From: Eledone cirrhosa
Taxonomy: Eukaryota
Reading direction: 5' to 3'
Assembly (NCBI GenBank): GCA_964016885.1
Contig: OZ024743.1
Span: forward strand, 339,760,001 to 339,824,000
Length of the DNA stretch: 64,000 nucleotides
In this document: positions 50,730 through 64,000 of the stretch, in pieces
Layout: each line of letters opens with the position of its first letter
Numbering within the stretch: position 1 is the stretch's first letter
Position numbers and translations under genes: made by a program
Notes under the pieces: generated by a model
Databases searched by the model: none
Told to the model about the DNA's origin: nothing
Seen by the model: only the letters and a program-made list of their open reading frames with translations

Positions 50730-50988
50730 TTAACCTTTCTGATACCAAGCAACCTGAAACCACTATTGATTTTATAATACAAAGCTGTTTGTTTTAAAGT
50801 GTTAATATTTATCTAAAAACTTCCATCCTAATTTTATGTAAGAATATTTGTTAAGTTATGCTTCATACACCATCTTAATAATGAGAAAGTTAGTTAGATT
50901 ACTATATCCTTCCAATTTTCTATTCCAAAATTATTTCAAAATCATAGGCAGTGTCTTTTCATTAGAAATATGGTAACAAAAGGGTTAA
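50730..50988. mobile_element. piggyBac-like MITE
   Basis: Ends TTAA-CCTTT ... AAAGGG-TTAA. Similar sequences occur at ~35242-35480 and ~43185-43322. Confidence 0.45.
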
Positions 50989-51227
50989 AGGCAATACAAA
51001 TATAGTTGTTCTTTTCTAAATGGTAACTTAGCAGGGAATATCAAGCTCAGATGTCAATTAATTTACCTCACTCACTATCTACTCTGAATATATGACAATT
51101 GCAATAATAAAAACAAACAGTTTTGTACCATAGAACCAGAGACAGTTTGGTATCAAAAATGTTAAAGTTCTTTGTCATTTTTAATATTAAATTGCTCTAA
51201 CATTTGATATACTGCCAATATTTGTAG

Positions 51228-51371
51228 AGTTTCTCAAGTGCCCAGAAGCAGCTTGTTGAAGATAATAGTGTTTTAATCCAGCAAAGAGAGAATGAAATCA
51301 TTAAAATTGTCACGTCCATTCAAGACTTGAATGACATTTTCAAAGATTTATCTGGTATGATAGTCGATCAG
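51228..51371 (+). CDS. STX16: Syntaxin-16 exon 7 (Qa-SNARE N-half)
   Basis: tgtag| SFSSAQKQLVEDNSVLIQQRENEIIKIVTSIQDLNDIFKDLSGMIVDQ. Donor CAG|GTCAGT. 144 nt. Confidence 0.93.
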
Positions 51372-51847
51372 GTCAGTAAAATTTTACTTTCTTTATAATT
51401 TGATGTTTATTTAAGTTAAAACAATGGTGGATTGCTTAAGATGTTCTATTAATGGCTCTAGACTTTGAAGTATTGTATTGTGTCCTAGGAATTTTGCTTC
51501 CAATCTGATATGTTAGATAAGCTAAAACTAAATTGCTCCAAGAACACAGAGTAAATGTTTGAATTTAAAAGCCCATTCAATTTATGTCACAAAGGAAAAC
51601 TCCACCCAAAAATGTGGTTATTGTTACGGAATGGCTTTAGTGAATTCTAATGAAACAATTCTGTAGTTCAGATTTGAATAACTGACTATGTAGTCATAAA
51701 CTGGCTTTGTCTGTCAAACCATGCAACTTTGCATTTTGTTGACTCATGAAGCATGTAAGTAGTAAAATTAAGGTTAAGATCTGGTATTGTAAACTACCAG
51801 AGCTCAATTATTACTGATTGTACACCATTACTCTGTAATTTCACAAT

Positions 51848-52032
51848 GGGCAGTGGATTGGCAGTATCGGTAGAGGGTCGGACGCCATGCTTTCCAGCAT
51901 AGTTACGTCCCTTTACGATCTGAGTTCAAATCCCGCCGAGGTTGACTTTGCCTTTCATCCTTACGGGGTCGATAAAATAAAGTACCAGTAATGCACTGGA
52001 TAATTGCTGGCCTTGTGCCTAAAGTAGAAACA
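51848..52032 (+). mobile_element. Full-length young SINE with 20-bp TSD in STX16 intron 7
   Basis: ATTACTCTGTAATTTCACAA at 51827-51846 and 52033-52052. Confidence 0.93.
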
Positions 52033-52156
52033 ATTACTCTGTAATTTCACAACATGCTTTATATTATTGACAATTGTAGAAGATGTCACTCATTTTTGTT
52101 TTATATTACTGACATATCAGTACATCTAATTCATGTTAGCTTCTTTCTTATTTCAG

Positions 52157-52339
52157 GGCACTATATTAGATCGTATTGACTACAATGTAGAAATGGCCAA
52201 TGTTCAGGTAGAAAAGGGTTTGGTACAACTAAAGAAGGCTGAGAAACATCAAAAGAAGAGCAGGAAAATGCTAATAATAACTGTTCTCTCAATTGTCATT
52301 ATCATTCTTATCATTATATTGATTGCTGTCAAACATTAA
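52157..52339 (+). CDS. STX16: Syntaxin-16 exon 8 (SNARE C-half and TM anchor)
   Basis: tttcag| [36 protein letters not shown]. The 8 exons sum to 936 nt = 311 aa plus stop with consistent phases. Confidence 0.95.
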   Translation, partial: GTILDRIDYNVEMANVQVEKGLVQLKKAEKHQKKSRKMLIITVLSIVIIILIIILIAVKH

Positions 52340-54774
52340 GGTAATGCTGCAGACAATCACATTGCTGAGCTCACCCCATACAGACACTGATTTATTTTCT
52401 ATGATATATCTTTTACTCTACATTAATAGACACTATTTACTGCTCTGTGTCTTTCCAATACCTATCCTTTCCTTCAGAAATAGTTCAATCCTGTTATATC
52501 TGCTTAAGCAATTAGCTATATTCAACATGAACTGAAATTAATATCAGTGAGCTAGCCAGAAATATTGTTTTCCCACTGAATACACAGATCTCATTGTCAT
52601 GTTAAAACAAGCCAGTTGCCATTCAGTGGAATGGCAAACTAAAGGCAGTTGCAGTAACGTTTTAACTGTGTGTATGTATATGCACATCTAACAAAGCAAC
52701 AGTAAAAATTATTTTAAAATACATGTGAAGAGAATACCTACAAAGGTTTTATCCCACCTAACTGCAAATTGTAGGCACAGCAAAAAGGCATGGTTATTGA
52801 AACAGGTATATATAATGTATACTTCTGGCTTTCTATATCATCTCAAAGATTATTGCTTTTGATATTATTCAAACTTTAATCTATTTAATGCCATATTTCT
52901 CAAATATATGTTAATTTATCAATGAATTTATAACATAGCATTGTTACATGTAAAACCTTATACAAAAGTGCTAACATTTTATTAGCTAAAATATAATATA
53001 TGCTAAATTTCTTGCATAAAATGTAGAAAAATCTGATGATTTTTGGAAATGAATTTAAAAAGCAGCTACTTGAATATATGATATTCTTTTGTTATTCCAC
53101 AAAAAAAAAAAGATAAAAATGGTGCACCAGTAAGCTGGCTTGAGGGACCAACAGTTATTTATTGTATATGTGTCACCTAAAAAATACTGGATGAAACAAT
53201 TTAATGAAGCACTAATTTCATGCTTACATTTATGTGACTTAGAATTTCTTGTTCTTTTTATATTTGAGAAATTTATTAGAGGAAAACTGTGGTTGTATGT
53301 ATGAGGTAAGAGTGTTGTTACGTAGTTGTGAATGAAGCAAATGTGTACTCATATTAGCAAAAATTTTTGACATTTTCAAACATATTTTTAACCCTGTTTT
53401 TAATCTCTATACATTTGTGAAAGTGTGGTTAAATTGCAGCTAGTAAATGGTACCATTCATTAGCAATATTGTATTCTGGCTAGATATCAGCTGGTAAAGT
53501 ATACCATTTCATTGCATGATGGTATGAGCAATATTGTTACAAAACAACTAACAAATTTTACTTCTTTTTTTTTTTTCTTGTGTGGAAAATATTCTTAGAT
53601 ACCAACTAGTAAAGAATATAACTGATTAAATTGGTGAACTGTACTACTTTATACTAGTAAGAGCAATGTGATAACATAATGGCTGTCAATTACTGGATCT
53701 ATTTGCATATTTAATCACTATTGTAGAGTAAATGTGAAAAAGTTTCTTTTCTCACCTTACTGATTGTTGCCAATCAAATATTTATTGATCTCCTTGAGTA
53801 CGACTAGCATGTGTACGACTAGCGTGTGTACGACCAACATGAGTACAACCAACTTGTTGAATTGAATTCAGATTGGTTACAGTGATGATTTTTTTTTCTA
53901 AAATAATTTATTTAATATCCTGAATTACAGTCTTCCCCCAAAATTGAGGGAATTAGTATAAGATTAGTATGTTTTCCTTTTACTTTCTATTGCCAATTAA
54001 TGGCAGTTTGATAAGACATTTGGGCTAGAGAATCACCTTGAAGTGTGCATCTGATTTTGTACACATAACCAAGTACTTTAGCATAGCAAATGTGACTGGG
54101 TGTTATTTTGAAAGAATCTTCATTGTTTCTCTATATTTTTGTATATAATTGTCATGGGTGATGTATCATATTTAATAATGAAATGAAAATGAAGAATTTT
54201 AAATCTGAATCAGACTTTGTTGTTTGTTTTTTTGTTTCTTTTAAACAATGATGAAAATATCAAAATATATACTGTAAAATTATATTTCAGATTTTCCTGC
54301 ACTTTGTAGAGTATTTGTTTTGTTTTTTTTTAGTTTCTTTTTTATTTTCTGGACAACAGAAAACGAAGCAAAGATTCTTTGAACTAAAATAGTATAGATT
54401 AGAACAAAAACAAGCTCATTTTTTTCTTTTTCTCCCCATCTTTTGTGTATATAGATATATAGATATAAATGTGTGTGTGTGTATATATATCATAGTGAAG
54501 GCACATGGCTTAGTGGTTAAAGAATTGGATTTTCAATTGTGAGTTTGCGAGTTCGACTCCTAACCAGGTGATGTGTTATGTCATTGAACAAGACACTATT
54601 TCACATTGCTCTTCTTCTTGCCAGGAGTTGTGACTGGTAGATAGTATCAGCAATAGAAATGTTGTTTCCTTGGTCCGATGTGATGAGTTCTACCCCACTC
54701 AATAAGCGAATGAAGTCTGGGATCATCTTGATCACTCCATTAATTCATATATCATTAATAGTCAATTTCCCTGC

Positions 54775-55735
54775 TAGCAAGCAAGGGTTGTATATATAGA
54801 TGATCTAACCCTCATAGTTGAATCTACAGCAGAATTAGAGAAGAAATTCTAAACCTGGAAGCATGGCCTAGAATCAAAAGGTCTTAAAGTTAACTAGTCA
54901 AAAACTAAAGTTCTAGTATGTAGAAAGGAAAATAGGGATCAGACCCCCTCAGGGAAATGGCCTTGCTCAGTGTGCAGGAAAAGAGTAGGTAGAAATTTCA
55001 TCCTGTGTTCCAAATCCAAGCTATGGTTACATATAAGATGTAGTGGGATCACAGGCAAGCTATCAAAGAAGATAGGTTTTATATGTAGTTGATGCACAGA
55101 TGCAGTAAGTAGCCATTGCCCATAAGATACTAGCTCCTTCAAATGCCCAGATGGCTCTGTAGAAATAGTTGACAGTTTCCGTTATCTGGGTGACCAAATC
55201 AGCAGTGGAGGAAGGTGTTCCGAAAGTACAGTAACCAAAGAAAGAACAGATTGGAGAAAGTTCAAGGAGCTACTACCACTGCTAGCTACAAAAGGTTTTT
55301 TCCTTAAAATGAAGGGCAGATTGTATGATGCATGTATACAAACACCAATGTTGTATGGTAGTGAAACCTGGGCACTGTTTTCAGAAGACCTGCGAAAATT
55401 GGAAAGAAATAAAGCTTGCATGCTTTGATGGATGTGCAAATATACATGAATGGCAAAGCATAAATGAACTGAGAGAGAAATTGGGCATAAGAGGGATCAG
55501 ATGCAATATGCTAGAGAGGAGATTGTGATAGTATGGTCATGTGATGCGTATGAAGGATGACAGCTGTATAAAAAGGTGAAGGGCAATCAAAGTTGGCGGA
55601 AGCTATGGAGTAGAAAGACCTGGGATGAGGTAATAAAAGCTGACCTTGCACAATTACACCTCTCAAAAACAGACACCGGATCGAGATCTTTAGCATTATG
55701 CTGTAATACAGAAGACCTGCTCTCCATGTGCGCAA
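54775..55735 (+). mobile_element. RTE-clade LINE 3' fragment
   Basis: GKWPCSVCRK, DSFRYLGDQISSGG, WRKFKELLPLL, LYGSETW, YGHVMRM. Confidence 0.85.
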
Positions 55736-55863
55736 ACTGAAACATACATCTAGTAGGCACCTCTTAACCACTATACCCTCCCTTCCATTCACTTCCCACA
55801 CCCCAACACCCATCCACTTCTGTTCACACCATCCTTACACTATAAAGTTGTTGTGTTGGTATC

Positions 55864-56140
55864 AACAAAAAGCACCCAGCCCACACTGTAAAGTGGCCAT
55901 GTAGGTGTCACAACAAAAAGCACCCACTCCACACTGTAAATTGGTCATGTAGGTGTCACAACAAAAAGCACCCAGCACACACTGTAAATGTGGTTGGTGT
56001 TAGGAAGGGCATTCAGCCGTAGAAACCAAGCCAGAAACAGTTCTGTATGAGCAAGTCACAGTCATCTGACCCAACTTGACTCAAATGGGACAATCCATCT
56101 AACCTATGCTAGCGTGGAAAATGGACATTAAACGATGATG
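55864..56140 (+). repeat. Three ~49-bp tandem units followed by a dispersed-repeat 3' end with (GAT)n tail
   Basis: CAACAAAAAGCACCCA..CACACTGTAAA three times, then GGAAGGGCATTCAGCCGTAGAAACC..GCTAGCGTGGAAAATGGACATTAAACGATGATG. Confidence 0.7.
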
Positions 56141-56460
56141 ATGATAATTATATATATATGCATATATGTTGATGACATGACAAAAAGCACTATAGTGATC
56201 ATGCTGGTGCCACAAAAAGGTACCGAGCCCAACCTGTCAGTTGGTTGTTTTGGTACCATGATAAAAAGCATCCAGTGTAAATGTGTTTGGCATTAGTAAG
56301 AGCATCCAGCCATAGAACTAAGCCAGAAACAGTTCTGTATGAGCATGACATGGTCACCTGATCTGGTTTGTCTCACAACAGGACAACTCAACTAACCCAT
56401 GCTAGCATGGAAAATGGATGTTAAACAGTGCTGATTATGAACATGCATATATATATATAT

Positions 56461-56785
56461 CATCATCATCATCAGTTTTTACGTCCGTTTTTCCACACTT
56501 CCATGGGTTGGATGGATCATTTTCAGTACAGCATCTCTCCACTCATCACATTCCTTTGTCATCTCTTCTGTGAGTCTCAGCAATTTGAGATCAGCTCTAA
56601 CCACCTCTACCCAGGTATTCTTTGGTCTTCTTCCACTGCAGCTTCCTACCACTGGAATTTTCTGGCATTTCTTTAACCAGCAATCATCATCCATGTGCAT
56701 CACATGTCTGTACCAACTCAGTCTTCTCCCTTGCACACCACATCAGACTCCTCTTAAACCTAGTTTCTCTCTCAGTTCATCCAAG
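56461..56785 (-). mobile_element. RTE-clade LINE 3' end
   Basis: RRLSWYRHVMHMDDDCWLKKC..RRPKNTW and a (GAT)n tail. Confidence 0.75.
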
Positions 56786-57176
56786 CTTTTAATATTATTA
56801 TTATTAGTAGTAGTAGTAGTAGCAGCAGCAGCAGCATCCAGAACTACATAGACTGTGGGTACTCAGTTGTAATAATATCAGCAGCTATTGCGGTATCATT
56901 GATACTAGTGTGAGCAGGGTTTCCTTGAGTGTCATTTAGGTATTTCTTGGGTTCAATTTTTAGGAATGCTTGCTTTGGATACATTAGTGTACTAATTCAG
57001 CTGTGACAGGTGCTTGCTGTTTTGATGCATTGGATTGGTTTATAGGACCGTAGCATTGAAGTGTTGAATTCATGGAACAAGAATTGCGAACATAAAAGCT
57101 GAGACTTGAAGCAGAAACATAAAAGAGTGAACTGTGAGAGATAAAATATTAATACATGAAGTAATACCATGAAATA

Positions 57177-57394
57177 ATAGTTTCTAATTTAGGCACAAGG
57201 CCAGCAATTTTGGGGGATGGGAAAGTCAATTAAATCTACCCCAGTGCATTACTGGTGCTTTATTTTATCAACCCCGTAAGAATGCAAGGCAAAGCTAACT
57301 TCAGCGGGATTTGAACTCAGATCGTAAAGGGGCGTAACCCTATATCATAAAGCATATTGTCCGACGCTCCACTGATACTGCCAATCTACCGCCC
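57177..57394 (-). mobile_element. SINE with 15-bp TSD
   Basis: TAATACCATGAAATA at 57162-57176 and 57395-57409. Confidence 0.88.
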
Positions 57395-57748
57395 TAATAC
57401 CATGAAATAGCAAAACATTATCATTATTACTATTACCACCATCACTATTGTTAATAGTAATAGTAGCAGTAACAATAATAACAACACCACCAATAATAAC
57501 AATGATGATGACAACAATGATATAATATAAAAGTGAAACAATAATACTAGTAATTGGTGAATTAGCGAAGTGATAAAATAAAATACAATAAATGAAGTAA
57601 AATAAAATAGAACAGAACCATACGTGGGTAGGGTGGTCTGTAGAGGTTGCTTAGTGCCTAGTGTGGTCCACTAATAAGTATAATCAATGTACTACTGGTT
57701 ATTCATTTGTTGGGTTCTTATGCAGACAGCATAGAGCCTGAATGTTGA

Positions 57749-58520
57749 CTATCGAGAGTATCTGCATCTAAGTATTATTTCCGATTTAAGGTTTACTGGA
57801 TTCCTTTTTAATTTTGTAATTTCCATGACTTCTGCTAAACAGAGCCGGCACTTTCTTTGGCCCAGAAAGTGAGGAATTACATGTCTAATTATAGTCCAGT
57901 GTATCCTGAACTCAGTTTGCATGTCTTTGAGTCTCCAGATCAAATCCGGCAGCCTGGTACAGGAACATTTGTTCTTATCATTGAATGAGTTGGTGTGGTT
58001 GAAGAGTTGGGCCTTGAATGTTGTGGATGTAGCTCTGATGTAGATGTACCTAAAGTCATGAGTATCTACCTCACATTTATATACTATGCTATTAGCCAAC
58101 CATTTGTTCTGTAGAGGATATAGATGCTTGTCACGGCAGTTGCACAATTGGGGTTTCGTGCTGTTTGCAGTACTGACTAATCCTCACGGTGAGTTTTGCC
58201 TGTTGCCAGCCAATATCATTGAAACTGACATTGCAGGTATGTTCAAAGCAGTAATAGATAGTGGCATCAATTTTACTGAAGTGTCCCACGTGAAAATGAC
58301 AAGATACACTGCAGCAACAAGATAAGTTTGGGGAGAGCATTGACGAGATGCAGTCTGTCCATCATCCTCGCCAGGTCAACTCATTTGGCCTCCAGGCCAT
58401 TTGGAGAGTCAAGGATGTCAGCTCCATCCTATGGGGAAAGGTGTACCTCAATCAGAACTGATTGTACAGTATCACTGTACAATTGGTATAACCGTAATCG
58501 ATTTAAGTACATATACCAGC
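57749..58520 (-). mobile_element. Penelope-like element, GIY-YIG endonuclease remnant
   Basis: CNCR....PL..K.L...IVYKC...YI..T..TFK....NH..SF...IW.LKD...CRLCLAE...N.KSE is the PLE C-terminal endonuclease with Cys insert. Confidence 0.78.
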
Positions 58521-59674
58521 TTCAGTAAAGTGTGAAGTTAGGTGGCTGGGTTGCAAGCCATCTTCCCTGCCACTGCTACTACCTAGGAATAACGTCAAGG
58601 CACCTCCTCCCTGGTGGCAAATAAGGAGTTATAATTGGCAGGAGCTTGGATAACTCTGATATCAGTCTGGATACCTTAGAGGAAGAGTGAATTGGAGGAC
58701 CATGTCAATCAAAGCCAGTACATGCACTATGATAGAAATGTCACCCTCAATTAATTTGCAATTCATGGAGAAGTTTCATATCGTCCACTGAAGACTGGGT
58801 ACCATGTGTCGGCAGAGAGGCTAATTGAAGAGGGGTGGCAGAAACAAGTGATATTGCTTCAAAACAAGAGAGGGGACCAAATCCTCCTTATGCACTGGGA
58901 TACCAAACACAAGAATTGCGAAACAAAACAGGTGGTTCCAGTCATATAGACTGTTGATGGTTGATGCACTTTAGTTGCGATAGTCAACTTTCGGGATCCT
59001 GTCTGAGGTGGGAAGTTACTGTCAAATTCCCACTCAGATCAAGCAGGGCAAAGTCACTGTTGTGTTGTGCTCCAGGATCCTTCTGTGACTTTGAGGAGAC
59101 TAAATAGCAGAGGTAGTGTTACAGGTTCAAGAATTCCATTGTAATCTGGTTAGTTTAATGCAGTGGGAAAATTTTTCATTGTTGGAGCAATTTTTACCTT
59201 TCTTCCATGTGGCACATAAGTGGCATTGACAAATACTCTGCAATGTGAAGGACTGAGAAGCAGAGGAGTGTGTTAGAGCTAAGGTGGGTGATGTGATTGG
59301 GTGGAACCTTTTCCTCTGACTAGGTTCAGATGACATCCAAGGTTTGAAAAACACAAGAACACTTATACAGAGAAATAATTTTTAAAAAGTGAACTGAGAG
59401 TAAAAAAAAGCACAGATAATTTTAAAAGGAGAACATTTTTTCCTTTCTCGAAGATAAGGAAGTGGGTAGCAGTTTTATTACCCTCAATGACAGGTGGTGG
59501 GTAACACACAAATATAGCAGTTTTGAATTATCCACAAAGATGATACTATTAATTTAAGGGATCATTGTAATTAGATGCTTAAATGCATTTATGGAATATG
59601 GTACTCTAAATTGTATGTTTGCTAAATTTTGGCAGAAGGTACCATGGATGAGCTAGACACACACACACTCATAT

Positions 59675-60350
59675 ATGTAGTAGTGGGATCACATGTATGC
59701 TGACAAGGTAGACTTCGTATGTAGCAGATGCACAGGAGTAGTCAACAGTAAGGGTACTCAAGAAGAAAAGCCCTCTTAAATGTTCAGAAGGCTCACTGGA
59801 AGTGGTAGAAATCTTTTGGTATTTGCATGACCACATTAGTAGTTGAGGTGGATGTACTGAAAATGTTATAGCCAAAGAGAACAAGGTGGAATAAGTTCAG
59901 AGAGCTGTTACCTCTGTTGGCAAAAAAAGTGCTTCTCTTTCAGAGTGTAAGTCAGATTATATGATGCATGTATCCAAACTGCAACGCAGCATGGCAGCAA
60001 GACATGGGCCTTGAATGAAGAAGAGTTGCAGCAGCTAAAAAGAAATGAGGCATGCATGCCTTGCTAGATGTGTAATTCTAGTGTGTGAGAATGACAGAAC
60101 ACAAATGAACTGAGAGAAAAGTTGAGTATAAGAGGAATTAAATGTAGCATGCAAGAGAGACAATTGCACTAGTATTGGCAAAGTCAATAGAAACTGTGGA
60201 AGAGGGAAACCAAGAAACACATGGGAGAAAGTTGTGAAGAAATACCTCATTCACCAGTACAAGCACAGTAACACTAAAAGAAAAAGCTAGTGTTTGGCAA
60301 TGAAAGTAGAAAACAATATTGAGTTTGAGAGAACTTTTCAGTCTGGCCAA
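59675..60350 (+). mobile_element. RTE-clade LINE degenerate 3' fragment
   Basis: Same family as 54775-55735 (KFRELLPLL, HGS.TW, GKPRNTW). Confidence 0.7.
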
Positions 60351-60489
60351 GCATGTGACAACCTCTCTAGTTCTGGTGCCATAAAATGCACCCAGTACAC
60401 ACTGAAAAGTGTTAGCGTTAGTACCACAATAAAAGACAGCCAGTTCAATTTGTAAAGTGGTAGTGCTGAGCTCCTAAACCCGATCACAT

Positions 60490-61260
60490 CATCATCTTCA
60501 GATATACATGAGGTGCATCTGGGAGCGGAGACTAATCTTTCAGAGGCTGAGGTCACAAGAGCAGTTAAAGAGCTCAAGTGTGGCAAGTCCACTGGGGAAG
60601 ATGAAATCCAGTCTGAGATGTTAAAATCCTTAAATAGAGAAGGTATTCTTTGACTGACTCATGTATGCCAGGTGGCCTGGATCTCTGGAAAGGTACCTAA
60701 GCAATGGCAATTGGGAGTGATAATCCCAATTTTCAAAAAGAGACACAAGAGAGATTGTTCCAATTACAGAGGGATCTCGTTAAGCCTTCCTGGTAAAGTC
60801 TATGCTAAGTGTCTGGCAAAGAGATGCAGGGAGATTGTCGCATCCAAGCTAGTTGATGAACAGAGCAGTTTTCACCTCGGATGCAGCACAGCCGATCAAA
60901 TATTCCCACTGTGGTAGGTTTTTGAGAAATCGTGGGAGTATTGCCAAGAGGTATATTCTTTTGTCGAACTTGAAAAGGCATAAGACTGTGTTGCTCGGCA
61001 CCTGCTGTGGAAGGTTGTGCAGGAGCATGGGATCGATGGTCAGCTTCTTGCTGCCCTGATGTCTCTGTATGAATGCCCGAGTATTTGTTGTTTGAATAAA
61101 TAATGCTAAATCAAAACCATTTAATGTGGGAGCCAGACTCCGCCAATGGTGCATACTGTCACCTCTCCAGTTCATTATTTATATGAACAGGATTGACATG
61201 TGCAGCCGAGTTGGAAGTGGTATCATGACTGGCGGATGTAAAATCAGTCGGCTGGAATTT
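60490..61260 (+). mobile_element. RTE (BovB-like) LINE RT fragment, second family
   Basis: GKSTGEDEI.SEMLK, SGKVPKQWQLGVIIPIFKK..DCSNYRGISL, FVELEKA.D, LRQ.CILSP..F..YM. Confidence 0.82.
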
Positions 61261-61598
61261 GCATGGCGTTACTTAACTCAACAGTCTTGACTCTTTTGAA
61301 AATGATGAATATTTGAAGAAATTCAGTTTTAACATAAGAAGAGTGTGGTTCTGTTGTATTAAAAAAAACTTATGCAATATTTCCCTTTTGTTTTATGAAT
61401 GAAAATTTGAAAATATCAAAACATTCACCTATTTGCAGAACTGTACCTAATCAATAGAGCAATATGGCACCACCACTAAGACCAACTTACTATAATCTTT
61501 TACCTGTATCAAGATGTAGGAGACACTATCTTTAAGATTGTGTAAGTAATGTATAAAGACAATCAATTTTATAAAAAAAATATTTTGTTATAAATAAT

Positions 61599-61700
61599 TG
61601 TTTCTACTTTAGGCACAAGGCCAGCAATTACCCAGTTCATTACTGGTACTTTATTTTATCGACCCCGTAAGGATGAAAGGCAAAGTTAACCTCGGCGGGA
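61599..61700 (-). mobile_element. 5'-truncated young SINE with 14-bp TSD
   Basis: TTGTTATAAATAAT at 61585-61598 and 61701-61714. Confidence 0.88.
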
Positions 61701-62186
61701 TTGTTATAAATAATGTTTTCTGTAGTGAATAGATATGGAAAAAGATAATTTTAACTATCCCAAAACACCATCCACCACATATTATAATCATTAGATTTGA
61801 ATTTAAATAAGCCTGTTGAATGGGAAGGATTTTCTACAAATTTCACATCTGTTTTACCCTTGAGATTGTGACTATAAGAAACTTTAATGACAAATAACAG
61901 TGAATAGACCTTTCTGTAGTCTGTGTCTTGTTGTGGGTTACATGTGTAAACTTACTTCACACTGAATGATTCTCCATATATTTCACATTGAAATAAGTTT
62001 TTGTACAGTGTGTATTTATTTGTCATCTACAAGTTTTTAAGTCACAAAAAAAAAGTATTTCCCAAATATTTTAGTGAAATGAGTTCTCTCAAACAAGAGT
62101 ACATATGAATTCAAAGAGGACGATTGCAACCTATATGAATGTTTTCCAATAGGCAAACATTAAGTATAAATTTATAATAGTATTTT

Positions 62187-63425
62187 TCACATTTCACAAG
62201 TCTGAATATGTTTGTGTCTTTTTAAGTGGCTGTTAGTGAGAAAAGACTTTCCACATATTTCACAGTGATATGGTTTTTCTCCAGTGTGTCTTCGTTTGTG
62301 AACTACAAGATTAGAATTATCAGAGAATGATCTCCCACATATTTCACAATGAAAAGGTCTTTGCCCACTGTGTATTATTTTGTGCCGAGTTAAATTACTT
62401 TTATCAATAAATGATTTCCCACATATTTCACAATGGAAGGGTTTTTCTCCAGTATGACTACGTTTGTGAACTTTAAGATGTGAATTAACAGAGAACGACT
62501 TTCCGCATATTTCACAATGAAATGGGTTTTTTCCAGTGTGTATTATTCTATGTCTTTTTAAGAGACTATTGGTGATAAATGATTTTCCACATGTCCCACA
62601 GTGGAAAGGCTTTTCTCCAGTGTGTATTCTTTTGTGTTTTGTTAAATAACTATTATCAACAAAATATTTACCACACATTTCACAGTGGTACGGTTTTTCT
62701 CCAGTGTGACTACGTATGTGTATAACAAGATTTGAATTTTTAAAGAAAGATTTCCCACACACTTCACAGTGGAAGAGTTTTTCTCCAGTGTGTATCCTTT
62801 TGTGACTTGTTAAATTATTGTTAGAGACAAAGGATTTCCCACATATTTCGCAAAGAGAGGGTTTTTCTCCAGTGTGTATTCTTTTGTGTGTCGTTAAAAT
62901 AATGTTTGAAACAAAAGATTTCCCACATATTTCACAGTGGAAGGGTTTTTCTCCTGTGTGACTACGCATGTGGATAAGAAGAAGAGAATTAACAGAGAAT
63001 GATTTCCCACAAATATCACAATGAAACGGGTTTTCTCCAGTGTGTATTCGTTTATGTCTTGTTAATTTACTGTTGGAGATAAAATATTTTGCACATATCT
63101 CACAATGATAAGGTTTTTCTACCGTGTGTGTTCTTTTGTGTCTTGTTAAGTTACTATTATTAACAAAATATTTCCCACATATTTCACAGTGGTAGGGTTT
63201 TCTCCTTTTGTGTATTTCTTTATGCGTGAAGACTTCGTCTTCTGAAGTGAAAGTTTTCTTACAAGTTTCACAGTGATATCCAGTAACATTTGTTTGTAAT
63301 GATCTTCGTTTAGTAAATGCTTCATGAGGTAAAAGAGATTCTTGACCACTGTATGTCCTTGTAACTGTCTCTATATTGGTAAAAACATTTGTGTTGGAAG
63401 TGTCCAAATAATTAACCTTCTCCAT
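62187..63425 (-). CDS. Tandem C2H2 zinc-finger protein (13 fingers, last one degenerate), single coding exon
   Basis: 412-aa ORF of CxxC..H...H repeats with TGEKP linkers. No KRAB/BTB domain in the short N-terminus. Confidence 0.92.
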   Translation of the reverse strand: MEKVNYLDTSNTNVFTNIETVTRTYSGQESLLPHEAFTKRRSLQTNVTGYHCETCKKTFTSEDEVFTHKEIHKRRKPYHCEICGKYFVNNSNLTRHKRTHTVEKPYHCEICAKYFISNSKLTRHKRIHTGENPFHCDICGKSFSVNSLLLIHMRSHTGEKPFHCEICGKSFVSNIILTTHKRIHTGEKPSLCEICGKSFVSNNNLTSHKRIHTGEKLFHCEVCGKSFFKNSNLVIHIRSHTGEKPYHCEMCGKYFVDNSYLTKHKRIHTGEKPFHCGTCGKSFITNSLLKRHRIIHTGKNPFHCEICGKSFSVNSHLKVHKRSHTGEKPFHCEICGKSFIDKSNLTRHKIIHSGQRPFHCEICGRSFSDNSNLVVHKRRHTGEKPYHCEICGKSFLTNSHLKRHKHIQTCEM

Positions 63426-64000
63426 AATAATTCTCGATCAATGTTCTGTATGTACACTCTATTAGGGTTCAGTTTTTTTTGTCTTAGATAAAGTAGGACA
63501 CTCATTACATAATATAATTCGATTAAAGAAAGTTGTAGAGATATCATAGGACACTGTTTACATGATATAATTGGATTAGATATTGTAAAGATGCTAGGTG
63601 GGCGGTGTCATTGCAAGGTTTTCCTTCGTTTGAATGATGCCGGTGATAAAAGTTAAAAGTCACTTCGACTGTATTCAACGCTTGCTAAAAAAAAAAAATC
63701 ATCACCCAACAAAGGTAAAAGTTATAAAGAGCGGTGTAATTAAAAATGAAACCAACAGTAATATGGAGAAGTAAAAATAAAATGGTGTTTTTGAATTGCT
63801 GAAAAAATGTTTCAATTTTAGCATGAGGTTTTTATCCCCATAAGTTAACTGAATGGTTTTTCTTTTAATTTCTAATTCATACGTTTAAGTATTTTAAACT
63901 TAAATTATTTTTACGTAAACATAAAGAGTCTAGTATATTTTGTTTGCATTTGAAAGCATTAGTTGTTTCACTTTCTGCAAATATATATTTTTTAAATTTT

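Noticed and set aside
54680-54720. Second hammerhead (TGATGAGTTC…GAATGAAG)
   Set aside because: It lacks the C of CUGA, the GAAA and convincing stems.
58560-59340. Additional LINE endonuclease remnant on the minus strand
   Set aside because: Only a weak LQWN-type motif is visible, too degraded to assign.

Overview
AT-rich eukaryotic (animal) genomic DNA. The repeat landscape (a dense tRNA-derived SINE family, RTE LINE debris, (TA)n/(CA)n/(ATC)n microsatellites) and an intronless tandem C2H2 zinc-finger gene suggest an octopod cephalopod, though this is inference. I reconstructed three host genes by hand from GT-AG junctions: a TMUB1/2-like transmembrane ubiquitin-like gene (+, 2 coding exons, 331 aa), syntaxin-16 (+, 8 coding exons over ~28 kb, 311 aa) and a 13-finger C2H2 gene (-, 412 aa). 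The rest is mostly transposon debris (CRE-type, CR1, Tx1/L1, RTE, Ty3/Gypsy, Penelope-like, Helitron, mariner MITE) plus two minisatellites. The most interesting signals are RNA-structural. They are an intronic antisense-plus-decoy copy of the STX16 exon-2 donor, a degenerate hammerhead ribozyme in STX16 intron 5, a long hairpin over a TMUB poly(A) signal and a fold-back SINE palindrome. A 2.8-kb intronic satellite and a possible composite Helitron also merit a look. There is no prokaryotic system or CRISPR array.
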